A stretch of DNA of 39,003 nt from positions 1 to 39,003 of the forward strand of contig JACNJR010000041.1 of the NCBI GenBank assembly GCA_014382495.1. The letters run 5' to 3'. The notes beneath the pieces are model-generated. The model was not told where the DNA came from and did not search any database. It saw nothing but the letters and a program-made list of their open reading frames with translations. This document shows, in pieces, positions 18,101 through 26,123 of the stretch (its first letter is position 1; every line of letters begins with the position of its first letter). The stretch comes from Candidatus Cloacimonadota bacterium (GTDB lineage Bacteria > Cloacimonadota > Cloacimonadia > JGIOTU-2). A program made the translations under genes and the position numbers.

Positions 18101-20848
18101 TATAGAAACATTTCTTAGGACATTTCCTGATTGAGTTACAGTTGTGCCTGTGATATACGCTTCATAAGGAGTTAATTCAATATTTTGATTGGAAATTGTT
18201 TGACCTGGTCCAACTGTAATATCAAGTGTATCGCCTTCGTCGCAGATAAAACCATTTTTCTCAGCCCAAATTTTATATGTTGCAGAATAGAGATTTAATT
18301 CGTAATTTCCATCATTATCCGAATTTGTCCCTTGGATATAAGAGCCATTGCTGACTTTAAAACCGGTTATTTGAGCATTTGCAATGCTGTTTCCAGAAGA
18401 AAGAATTGTTCCAGAAATTACGCTTGCATTTGGATTCAAAACAAAATTTATACCTTGAATAGTTTGTCCTGCGCCAATAGAAATTGTCTGCGGTTCACTG
18501 CTTGTGTATCCACTTTTAGTTGCTGAGACAAGATATGTTTCGGGACTTACATCGATACTATAATTTCCTGAATTATCTGTAATATCCTGATTGTCGCCGG
18601 CAAAAACAGTTACATCGGAAAGTCCGCTCCCGCTTGATGTTACCGTTCCTTCTATATAGCTGTCGTCAGGAAGAAGTATGAAATTTATACCATTGACAGT
18701 TTCGCCGACAGAAAGATTTAATTGATGTGTATTTTGGGAAGTATAATTATCAAAAATTGCGGTTAATTCATAATTTCCACTTAAAAGATTTAATGTATAA
18801 TTTCCATATTCATTTGTATAAGTGCTAACCGGATTTCCTGCAGATGGAGTAGCTCTTATCTCAACATCTTCTAATACAATAACGCTATTATTTGCATTTC
18901 CATTGACGATATTCGCTTGAGGTGTAAGTATAATATCACTCAAAGTCATTGATGAAGGAGATGAGATTGTAATATCAACAATAGTAGGGTCTGGCGAATA
19001 ATATCCATTTTTCTGCGCATAGATAGACCATTCGCCAAGTTCCAATCCATTAAATTGATATAAACCACTTGAATTTGTAGATTTTGTTCGTGTGATATCA
19101 CCTTTTGTTGCAGTAACAGTTACACAAGAAAGAGGAACGCCAGAAGTATTCTTCACGGCACCTGTTACATCTTTATCGTTCAAAACTAACACCAAATCAT
19201 CAAGATTTGCATTCTCGCCTAAACCGATGTTATATTCTATTGAAGATTGAAGCGAATAACTTTCTTTATCCGCAGTGATTGTCCACATTCCGGGAATAAC
19301 AGCGATAGAATAATTTCCGTTTGAAGTCGTATTTGTTCTGATTTCCCCATCATCTTTTTCAGCCGTAATCTCACAATTTTCTATAAGATATCCATTTGTG
19401 TCTACAACTGAACCATAAAAGAAACAGGTAGAATATTCTAAAGTTATTGGCACATATACAGTATCACCTGGCACAATTAGGTTTGCAGTTTCAGAATTCG
19501 TTTCGTATCCTTCTTTGCTGGCGGTAAGAATGTATTCTCCAAGTGGAAGTGTTTTGTATTCATATCCTGACTGTCCAACCGATAATGGAATATTATCGCC
19601 AGAACCTTCAACAGGGTCAATGATAACATTTGCAAAACCAATTCCAATCAAATCTTCTTCAACTTCGTGATTGACAAATATCTTAAATGTTCCGACCGGA
19701 ATATGATATGTAAATTCAAATGTTTCGCTGCAAGCACTATTTCCATCTTCGTCGGAAGCAATTACTTTCCAAACATATCTCGCATCAACCAAAATTGAAC
19801 TCGCATTGAAATCGATTAAATTATTTGTTGTAACTTCATTCCAAACTGGATATTGAACTTCGCTTCCAGATTCAATTATTATTTCAGAAAGATAAATATG
19901 GTAAGTTGCTGCTTCTTCTACATCACTCCATTCGAATGTGATGTAATCGTCGCCATCGATAATTGTTGTGTCGCCTGGAGTTGTGTTTTCTGGACTAATG
20001 AGTTCTGGTGCTTCGATTGTAATTTCTGCTGCATAAGTAAATCCAAACGGGGTTGATGCAACATCTGAAGTCAAAAGCGGGTCATTGCCGTAATTATTCA
20101 TAACAATCCAATTATAGTCAATTTCATTAACAAGTGGCGGAGCATCGTATGAAAAATTTCCAGATGGATCGGGGGAGCCATAATCTGCGAAATTATTTGG
20201 AGTAATTACCGACCAAATTGGATTTAGTCCAGTTACAACTAAATTGCCTTCGTTATCGTGAGTAAGCGAAAAAGGGCTGTCTGACAAAATTAAAAAATAA
20301 TATGGCACACCTGGATTAGTATCCCAACTAAAAGTAGGCACTTGTTCTTCAATCACTGTTCCATTTGCTGGTGCATTCATACTTACTGCATCCGATGATT
20401 CAATAATTAGCTGAAATTCTGCTGAGGTCCACTCTTGCACCGCATTGTATATTACGCAATAATAAACTCCAACTCCAATTCCAATATCATCTGCACACGT
20501 TTCAATACTTGATCCATCGTTAATATTTACGCCAAAACCCGAAATTCCGCTTGGTATATAATTATCTATTTCAGTTCCACCTGGAGCAGTTGAATAATAC
20601 AAAATACCTAAACTATCTTCTGGAAGCCAGGAAATTCCAAATGTTTCATCTGCTTTGAAGAGATCCATCGGAATTTCTATCAACACAATTTCATTATCAC
20701 GATTTGAAGGGTTAAAAAGTAAATCCTGATTTATATTGCTTTCTGAAAATAGATTAAAATTTGCCGAAAGAAAATTGAAGTTTGCTATAAATATTCCAAA
20801 GCAAATCAAAATTACAAATTTTCTAATGTTCAATTTTTTCATTTTCAT
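12140..20848 (-). CDS. Giant secreted repeat protein (about 23 carboxypeptidase-regulatory-like/CnaB-type beta-sandwich repeats) with a T9SS type-B-like/FlgD-Ig C-terminal domain; putative surface adhesin or filament
   Basis: Signal peptide; two N-terminal FN3/Ig-like units (P.NG...PTFSW; PELISP...ITFEW); repeats of about 85 aa with pattern I.G.V.D..G..l..v.v.A......T...G.y.....G.Y.i.a.K.GY; C-terminus LPNPFSP...KIYTLTGTLVRTI...WDG..KNG....NGRY...KTIILIK. Confidence 0.85.
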   Translation of the reverse strand: MKMKKLNIRKFVILICFGIFIANFNFLSANFNLFSESNINQDLLFNPSNRDNEIVLIEIPMDLFKADETFGISWLPEDSLGILYYSTAPGGTEIDNYIPSGISGFGVNINDGSSIETCADDIGIGVGVYYCVIYNAVQEWTSAEFQLIIESSDAVSMNAPANGTVIEEQVPTFSWDTNPGVPYYFLILSDSPFSLTHDNEGNLVVTGLNPIWSVITPNNFADYGSPDPSGNFSYDAPPLVNEIDYNWIVMNNYGNDPLLTSDVASTPFGFTYAAEITIEAPELISPENTTPGDTTIIDGDDYITFEWSDVEEAATYHIYLSEIIIESGSEVQYPVWNEVTTNNLIDFNASSILVDARYVWKVIASDEDGNSACSETFEFTYHIPVGTFKIFVNHEVEEDLIGIGFANVIIDPVEGSGDNIPLSVGQSGYEYKTLPLGEYILTASKEGYETNSETANLIVPGDTVYVPITLEYSTCFFYGSVVDTNGYLIENCEITAEKDDGEIRTNTTSNGNYSIAVIPGMWTITADKESYSLQSSIEYNIGLGENANLDDLVLVLNDKDVTGAVKNTSGVPLSCVTVTATKGDITRTKSTNSSGLYQFNGLELGEWSIYAQKNGYYSPDPTIVDITISSPSSMTLSDIILTPQANIVNGNANNSVIVLEDVEIRATPSAGNPVSTYTNEYGNYTLNLLSGNYELTAIFDNYTSQNTHQLNLSVGETVNGINFILLPDDSYIEGTVTSSGSGLSDVTVFAGDNQDITDNSGNYSIDVSPETYLVSATKSGYTSSEPQTISIGAGQTIQGINFVLNPNASVISGTILSSGNSIANAQITGFKVSNGSYIQGTNSDNDGNYELNLYSATYKIWAEKNGFICDEGDTLDITVGPGQTISNQNIELTPYEAYITGTTVTQSGNVLRNVSIDIEEVNNPENSYSTVSGVYGNFSLIVTPLVEYNIIGSKTGYSSDEATTEVPLELEQSFSTELTLSALSSSVNGYVKSYDYEGNLYPLGQVTIQAVQDTNTFQTTSASNGEFTLGISQGEYEITAYKNGYLQNTINLEINPGSTIDTTLFLEENFSTIQGTITDATIGNSIENAFISANLSSGGGGATYSNSSGFYILENILPGFYYTITITKENYEIEILTNIVIPAGATITKNAELTSLTSTLKVEVVNQNSNPLSNVTISAENDLTGVITSDVTNSDGFCQLTGLAGYVEYNISASKTNYVCDDTLITIEPNETLTLKFTMELTNASITGKVIDDESIGLGNVEVCAVSLDGFSGNTTTDPVGNFTLQNLNPNRDYVITLSLEDYTDVQPDTIPLYQASYDTTLIMIPNNKSITGVVVDQEGNTLENVDVTATSPTASSAGITNSDGQFSLQELAPYETYTVATDKYQQGWENTDTVFTIEDDPVNSMPNSLTMSLHTSEFVGTVTNDVTGDPVQGAMITIQAENGNTYSGTSQPDGTYSIKFLYEGNYDFTISKQSYETKIIDSVYVAHRSETTQNIDLTYTDSIDISGYLIDTDNRPIDSTSINLFNQEQLLSDTTDSGGLFIFENVNPYTTTTIGSNLPSDDYDNADTLISVETENITNINLVIDIHSAKISGIIEDTTSNPISNAEVVLAFGDEIQNFITSENGNYEFSYLYEENYELSATRPGYVAQSEMLDLEDFEILNYNFQLEPELGSISGIVKNSEETFLKNVIVTLCHNDEEFIDTTSAAGVFSISNLQELHNYSLTCSKLGYNDYSHPDSLTTDSTDVSITLDMIPNSVLGTVYDDGVEVGSSLITAKNLDGFSNETYSNEFGDFSITGLSGYYDIWAEVGDDLVSQFQGIGIENGQPICIDIELMQASHIIGEVYYNDNPKAGVIVYASNIMSGQVMSDVTDSNGKFDVPGITAGTYDISIILEGFTAEETFPQVEIDEGQTVELPRFNLSFLENSISGGVYENESKDGIANAKVKLFKNDEVIDSLVTTSNGSILFSNLEDGIYHVSVSHLGYEDIPDTIVSLSGGISDPSTVDFYLTQKLLTIFGLVKNTNSEPLQAAVVFAERNGNTYSDTTDAEGSYSIQVDSIGIYSIYAEKENYYISEISEIELTSDQNNCYLELILQPKPSKLTGEIWIINKSTDHPNTVHPTSATIILECPENDFEEEISLSQYEFDELSDGNYDLSINATYESINFNFQELDISVSIGDSVYRYNEFIYNPNAANVSGFIKMEDEALPSANIILKDSTNFPIDTTSTNQYGEYIFTDLEDGIYNLQIEAEYDNELFSHDILNISITDDTTIDYTFDYVLCSIEFTITEDGSTPIQNVSVKITSANFNTTIYTDSTGNCSTDSTLHTREYSILISKSTGSFGDYINPLSYTLTLDTLRCYSQEKQLPLQFDKSQIVSQSALDSIKISLHKGTYNDQVFLHYKDADNNEYEIEMTDENDTLLIFKIPPQLKSGDITFWFNSQSDTLGITFSNQSSPYIWTLTSEGMLSHDYSNITPNEALFAYNQETTFEANLWDDAGNCLNDSVDVSGSVFWSLSDSTIGEIEQIPDEKRLILFKAADNNGIGKIKAKVTLKEITIRLETEDIQVKDMHLANLLIDGPNEIQNNESCSFTVSAEGSSMYVDFFEFEPVDSIIGTLEKVQESILYNPDSNFVGQFDLEVWAFDPNDGTEVTAEKQITVYIKLDFPNSPDTLYSGEGCNLTLPEAMLSSGSAKLYLEKVQVSPMQETTVTSELMASVFDIRSTANFAKMPGIIFEFDEGIDLSGIFIAYWDVEKLEWVDASSNGNRKNYEYLQLDSIPCLGEYGVVAESKQLGIYDLKLLPNPFSPYDQIGKNMGLQIIFKISSKISRYPKITAKIYTLTGTLVRTIAENRPMLKGNYEAGEEFTLNWDGMTKNGKMARNGRYVIQIIAEDANHKEEIVKTIILIK
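13754..19693 (-). repeat. Array of about 23 diverged protein-domain repeats within the giant gene
   Basis: Hand alignment of the translation; similarity is at protein level only, with no long identical DNA repeats seen. Confidence 0.75.
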
Positions 20849-22566
20849 TAAAACTCATAAGTCAATGTTGTTCTCAAAATTGGTGAAGGCAAAGCGATTA
20901 GATTTAAATCGATAAATGAATTTTTATAAACTCTGAAACCAAAACCAATTGCTAAAGAACCAAGCGGGATATTTTTCATTGGCTCAACTGTTTCGTCATT
21001 ATCATCTTTGAAACCTTCTAATATCTGGTCGGCAAGAATAAACTGTCCGCTTATTGCCAATCTTCCGTAGCCGACTGCAAACTTGAAATTGTGCTGCATC
21101 TTTAATCCAAGTGTGTAGCTCTTGTGGGTTGTATCTGCATAATCTATGAAATCGCCATTTTCACTCTTATTTCTGCCGTCTTCATATACATCACATTCAT
21201 AATGAAAAGAGAGTTCTCCTAAGGGTTTTTTATAAGATAAGATAAATTTCCAAGGACCATTTTTTGCTGCTGCGCTAAATTCAATTCCACCGGGATAAGA
21301 TAATTCCAGTATATTACTTTCGTAAACGGTTCTGTTTGTATATGTAAGTTCAGCAGGTTTTAGCAGTTCCATGTCAAAAAGTTCCTCGCCATCTAAATTT
21401 AATGCCCCAAGAGTATGTTGAACGATTCTTAAAGAGCCGTTAAGATTTGCTTTTTTCGGCAAATTATAAACAGCATCAAGATATAGCCAATTGTTGGGCT
21501 TATAACTACACGCAAGTTTTGCGCCAAACAGATTTTTATGAAAATCTATTTCAATCGAATCATTCAAAGTATTTCTATAACTAACATTGGGGTCATTAAA
21601 AGCAACATTAATATCGATATCGCCGCCAGTTTGACGAATCATACCGTTTATTTTTGCAGTTAGGTTTGAAACAATGTTACAATCCAAAAAATTCACTCCG
21701 ATTCCGACAGACAAATCGTCACTAATTTTTCTCCCGAATCCAATATCCACTTGGCTAAAATCAATATTAAGATTAGAAAAAAGTTCAATGCCAAGAGGAA
21801 CCAATGTTGTTTCAAGATTTCCATCACTATTTGTCGAAGTATCTTTTATAGTTACAGAAATTCCGTTTCCGATAAGTTCAAAATCAAGCATCAAAGGTTT
21901 ATGAAAAGCGATTCCCCAGCTTCCAAATTCTGTTTGTGAAAATGTATAAGCGAAACCATTCAATCCGCCTATCTGCCCGCCGAAAATATCTATTTCTGGA
22001 TATGTTGGCTCCAAATCTTCAGATTTCATATCTTCAATTCCGTTATCAACTTGCGTCTCTATCATATTGTTCAATTGCCAATAATAATCGCCAGCATTCA
22101 CGGAAAATGATGGGCTGTAATCCAGCGATAATTTTCTCACATTTATTGGAATTTCTATCCTACTAATTTCAAAATCTTTAAGAATTCCAATTAAATCTTT
22201 TCTGGAAGTTTTTTCCACAGGAAAAATCAACGGCACGCCGTCAATTTCCAATCTATCCACAGCTTTTTTTAGGTATTCTATCGATGCTTTTTCAATATCG
22301 ATTGTTGTATATTTCTCGATGAAAACAAGTCCCGCAGGATTGTTGCAAGCAAGGGATGGGTCGTTAATTATCGAAGAAATAGTATTGCCAAAGTTGCTGC
22401 TGTGCGCTCCAATTCCCATCAAGGCGCTGCTATAAAATTTAAAGTTAATTTTATGATTCCCACCTTCAAATGTCGTTATTTCATTATCTGCTAAAAGTGG
22501 AGAAATTAAAATAAATAAAATGACAAAATTACTTATTAAAAATTTCACAATTTTTTTCTTATTCAT
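20848..22566 (-). CDS. Outer-membrane beta-barrel protein, distant FadL/PorV superfamily
   Basis: Signal peptide; degenerate plug motif ALMGIG...DPSLACNNPAGL; amphipathic strands (DIGFGRKISDDLSVGIGVN); C-terminal beta-signal LRTTLTYEF; its stop overlaps the next start (TAATG). Confidence 0.7.
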   Translation of the reverse strand: MNKKKIVKFLISNFVILFILISPLLADNEITTFEGGNHKINFKFYSSALMGIGAHSSNFGNTISSIINDPSLACNNPAGLVFIEKYTTIDIEKASIEYLKKAVDRLEIDGVPLIFPVEKTSRKDLIGILKDFEISRIEIPINVRKLSLDYSPSFSVNAGDYYWQLNNMIETQVDNGIEDMKSEDLEPTYPEIDIFGGQIGGLNGFAYTFSQTEFGSWGIAFHKPLMLDFELIGNGISVTIKDTSTNSDGNLETTLVPLGIELFSNLNIDFSQVDIGFGRKISDDLSVGIGVNFLDCNIVSNLTAKINGMIRQTGGDIDINVAFNDPNVSYRNTLNDSIEIDFHKNLFGAKLACSYKPNNWLYLDAVYNLPKKANLNGSLRIVQHTLGALNLDGEELFDMELLKPAELTYTNRTVYESNILELSYPGGIEFSAAAKNGPWKFILSYKKPLGELSFHYECDVYEDGRNKSENGDFIDYADTTHKSYTLGLKMQHNFKFAVGYGRLAISGQFILADQILEGFKDDNDETVEPMKNIPLGSLAIGFGFRVYKNSFIDLNLIALPSPILRTTLTYEF

Positions 22567-22580
22567 CGATTGATTTCGTG

Positions 22581-25500
22581 TTAAAATTTTATCATACTTT
22601 CGAGTGAAAATGCGATTCCTTTTGTGTTTCCAGGATTTGGTGAACCATAATTTCTGATATCAAAATTAAGTTCCAAATGTTCAAAATCTAAACCACTTCC
22701 AAACGAATAATAAGTTGCTTCGCCAAATCCAAATTCTGCGCGAAATGGCATCCAACTTAGCAAACGATAATCTGTCAAAAGTGAAATTTTAGCTTTTTTA
22801 GAAGTAAAAATACTATTCTCAAATCCTTGCTGATAATCAAGATAAAATGTTAGATTTTTCCATCGATATGTCCCTTCCAAGTGAAGTTCTAATGGGATTT
22901 TCTGCTCAATATTTCCAATCGAAAATGAAGTATCAGAATCGACAATTAATGAGTCGTCAAAATCAGCAAAAAAGATTGAATCGGCAGAAATATTGAAATG
23001 ATGTTCTTCACATTTTTCAGTCCAATTTATATTTCCAAATAAATTTTTCAGAGAGAATCCGACCGCAAATTTTCTATTAATTTGAGAAAAAATTCCGACA
23101 TCAGTTCGAAATCCTGTTCCAGCCGGAACGGAAATTTCTTTATTATCCGAATCGTATCCAGCACTTTTCAAAATCAATTCATTTTCGAAAGAGAATCCAG
23201 CATCTGATGAGCAGAAATTTGATTCAGATTGTTCAAGTTTTGCGTAAGCCAATCCAGTTAAATATCCAAAACTTATTCCTGCATAAACTGGTGGAAAATT
23301 TTTAAGAAAAGGGAGAAATTTTGATGCTGAAAGTTTTTCTCCATATCCAAATTTTGTTTCAACAAACGAAACAAATTCCATATTATTATTCGGAAATTTA
23401 TAAACTGTTTCCCACTCATTTCCATTTAGAAGCAAATCAAAAAATTCTTTGGAAATATTTACAGAACTTGCGATTATTATGTCGTTTGTCAAAGCAAAAT
23501 TTGATAATGAAAATGAACAAATTGGTGCCACTAAATTGATTTCAGAATCGATTCCAAAACCTTCATCAGGAATGTAATCCAGAAAATCCTGTTTATCATT
23601 TTCAGACAAATTTTTGCCCATCAAATCATTGTAATAATCGATTGAAAATGAGTTATTTGAAATATCAAAATTGGATTGAAACAAGTTCATCGAAAAAGAA
23701 TTTTCTTTCAATCCGAGATAAGCGGGATTCCATTTCAGTGATTGAAATCCAGATTTTTTTGAAAGATAAATCATCTTTTCCGCTTCTATCTTTTGCTCAA
23801 ATATTTTTTGAATCGCTTCGAGCGAATTTTGAAGAATTATAATTTCTGGATTATCATCTTTCAATTTTTGCTTGCGAATTTTTAGAGCTTTTTGGTAAAA
23901 TATTTTTGCTTGTGTATATTTTTTTTGACTAAAATATAGTTCGGCGAGATTGGCTTGAATCACAGCAACTTGCAGATGTCCATCGCCAAAAACTTTTTTT
24001 CTGATTTTCAATACTTCATTGAACAGAGATTCTGCTTTGGGAAAATTTTTCTGAATCAGATACAAAACTGCGAGATTATTTTTTGAAGTTGCAATTGTAG
24101 GATGTCCTGATTCAACATTTTTCTTTTTGATTTCCAAAGAGCGTTTATACATCAGCTCGGCTTCTTGATAATTTTTCTGTTCCCTATAGACAGCAGCAAG
24201 ATTGTTCAGTGTCGTCGCAACTTGCATATGAGTGGTTCCGAGCGTCTTTTCAAAAATATCCAAAGCTTGAAGATAAAATGATTCTGCTTCACCATATTCT
24301 TCTTTCGCAAAGTAGAGCAATCCAAGGCTATTCAAGGTTTGAGCGACATCTTGATGTATTTCGCCAAACACTTTTTTGCGAATTTTTAATGCCCGTTTGA
24401 GCAGCAAATCGGTATTTGAATATCTACCTTTGATTCTATACAATTCTGCAATATTATTCAGAGAAGTTGCGATATCAGGATGATTTGGATCTAAAATTTC
24501 TTCACGAATAGATAATGCTTTTTCGAATTTTTCTTCAGCCGCATCATAAAGATTTTGTGCAAAATAAATCAGCGCAAGATTGTTTAACGATTTTGCGACA
24601 TCTGGATGTTTAGCATCAAAAATTTTCTTTCGAATATTTATAGATTTTTTAGCCAAAATTTCTGCTTGCTCATAATTTTTCAAACGCCGATAAATCAGAG
24701 CCAAATTGTCTTGAGATTCTGCAATTTTTGGATGTTCAATATCGAAAATTTCTTTGCGTATTTTCAATGCCTGTTTTGCAAATTTTTTAGCTTCGGAATA
24801 TGCACCTTGTTCGAAATAAAGTAAGGCCAAATTGTCCAAATCTGTAGCGATATTTGGATGATTTTCACCAAAAATGTCTCTATCGTTTTTTAACACTTCT
24901 TTGAAGATTGGTTCCGCCTTTGAGTAAAGTCCGATTTTTCTGTAAATTAAAGCTAGTTCGTGTTTTATAGAAGTTACGATTGGATGCTTGGTGCCAAGAA
25001 CTTGCTGAATTGTTTCAATTGCATCTTTCAAAAGAGGTGCCGCTTTATCGTATTTTCCTTTAGTAATATATGATTTCGCAAGATTTTTCCGATAAATTGC
25101 AATCGTTGGATGATTTGGATTTAATATTTTTTGAATCGTTTGGAGAGATTCTTCGAATAGAGATTCCGCCTTTTCATACTCGCCTTGAGTATAATGAAGC
25201 ATTCCCAAATTATTTTGGGATTGTGCTACATCGGGATGATTTTTACCAAAAAATTCTTTTCGAATTTCGAGTGAGCATTCGTATAAAGATTTTGCCTTAT
25301 CGTATTGACCTTGCGTATAATAGAGCATTGCGAGATTATTCTGCGATTGCGCCACATCCGGATGATTCGAACCGAAAGATTGCTTTCTGATTTCCAAAGA
25401 TTGTTTGAAAAGTTTTTCTGCTTTTGAATATTCGCTTTGATAACGATATAATTCTCCAAGATTATTTAATGTGCTCGCCATTTGCAATGGATTTGTTTCA

Positions 25501-26063
25501 GATGATTCTTGGTAAATTTTCAACGCTCGCTTATACAACGGTTCGGCTTTAGAATATTCTCCTTGAATATGATAAACTAGTGCCAAACTATTCAAAGATT
25601 CAGCAATATTGGGACTATTTTCAGCAGAAATATTTTCACGAATTTCTAATGATTGTTTGGAAAATGATTCTGCTTTTTTGTAATTTCCTTGTGCGTAATA
25701 GAGCAGTGCTAAACTGTTTAGCGTTTGTGCTACATCAGAATGATTTGTTCCAAAAATGTTTTTACGAATCTCCAAAGAGCGCTTGTAAAGAATTTCTGCT
25801 TCGTCGTATTGACTTTGAATATGGTAAAGCAGAGCAAGATTATCTGCTGATTCCGCAACTTCGGGATGCGTTTTTCCGAAAGTATTTTCTGCGACTTTTA
25901 GAGCTTTTTCTGCAACAAGCACAGCTTCAGAATAATTGCCATTTTGATATAACTGAATTGAATTTTCAGTTAATGAAATCCACAATGAATCTTGAGAATA
26001 TACCAATCCAAATATCAAAGAAAATAGCAAGGCAAGCAAAATTTTTAGATTTTTATTTTTCAT
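22581..26063 (-). CDS. Fusion of 17 kinesin-light-chain-type (42-aa) TPR repeats to a DUF5723-like outer-membrane beta-barrel
   Basis: Signal peptide (ATG 26063 preferred over TTG 26078); repeats HPDVAxSLNNLAxLYxxQGxYxxAExLYxxALxIR; then WNPAYLG, ISNNSFSIDYYN, DKQDFLDYIP, FFDLLLNGN, GTGFRTDVG, NLFGNINW, terminal Phe. Confidence 0.82.
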   Translation of the reverse strand: MKNKNLKILLALLFSLIFGLVYSQDSLWISLTENSIQLYQNGNYSEAVLVAEKALKVAENTFGKTHPEVAESADNLALLYHIQSQYDEAEILYKRSLEIRKNIFGTNHSDVAQTLNSLALLYYAQGNYKKAESFSKQSLEIRENISAENSPNIAESLNSLALVYHIQGEYSKAEPLYKRALKIYQESSETNPLQMASTLNNLGELYRYQSEYSKAEKLFKQSLEIRKQSFGSNHPDVAQSQNNLAMLYYTQGQYDKAKSLYECSLEIRKEFFGKNHPDVAQSQNNLGMLHYTQGEYEKAESLFEESLQTIQKILNPNHPTIAIYRKNLAKSYITKGKYDKAAPLLKDAIETIQQVLGTKHPIVTSIKHELALIYRKIGLYSKAEPIFKEVLKNDRDIFGENHPNIATDLDNLALLYFEQGAYSEAKKFAKQALKIRKEIFDIEHPKIAESQDNLALIYRRLKNYEQAEILAKKSINIRKKIFDAKHPDVAKSLNNLALIYFAQNLYDAAEEKFEKALSIREEILDPNHPDIATSLNNIAELYRIKGRYSNTDLLLKRALKIRKKVFGEIHQDVAQTLNSLGLLYFAKEEYGEAESFYLQALDIFEKTLGTTHMQVATTLNNLAAVYREQKNYQEAELMYKRSLEIKKKNVESGHPTIATSKNNLAVLYLIQKNFPKAESLFNEVLKIRKKVFGDGHLQVAVIQANLAELYFSQKKYTQAKIFYQKALKIRKQKLKDDNPEIIILQNSLEAIQKIFEQKIEAEKMIYLSKKSGFQSLKWNPAYLGLKENSFSMNLFQSNFDISNNSFSIDYYNDLMGKNLSENDKQDFLDYIPDEGFGIDSEINLVAPICSFSLSNFALTNDIIIASSVNISKEFFDLLLNGNEWETVYKFPNNNMEFVSFVETKFGYGEKLSASKFLPFLKNFPPVYAGISFGYLTGLAYAKLEQSESNFCSSDAGFSFENELILKSAGYDSDNKEISVPAGTGFRTDVGIFSQINRKFAVGFSLKNLFGNINWTEKCEEHHFNISADSIFFADFDDSLIVDSDTSFSIGNIEQKIPLELHLEGTYRWKNLTFYLDYQQGFENSIFTSKKAKISLLTDYRLLSWMPFRAEFGFGEATYYSFGSGLDFEHLELNFDIRNYGSPNPGNTKGIAFSLESMIKF
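23847..25988 (-). repeat. 17 tandem 126-bp (42-aa) TPR units
   Basis: Exact 42-aa register from residue 31 to 744 of the ORF-track translation; synonymous sites have diverged between units. Confidence 0.85.
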
Positions 26064-26123
26064 TTTCAATTCTTTCAAATTATGCTGAAGACAGCGACCT
26101 CGGAAAATTTACTCTTCCCATAA

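Noticed and set aside
23847-25988. TPR array as a DGR target, recent DNA tandem repeat or CRISPR-like array
   Set aside because: Units differ at synonymous sites with no adenine-specific pattern seen; no reverse transcriptase or cas gene is present.
26080-26121. 13-aa mini-ORF (MGRVNFPRSLSSA) and weak hairpins between the lipoprotein and TPR-barrel genes
   Set aside because: Too short to distinguish from chance; stems are only 4-6 bp and there is no SD.
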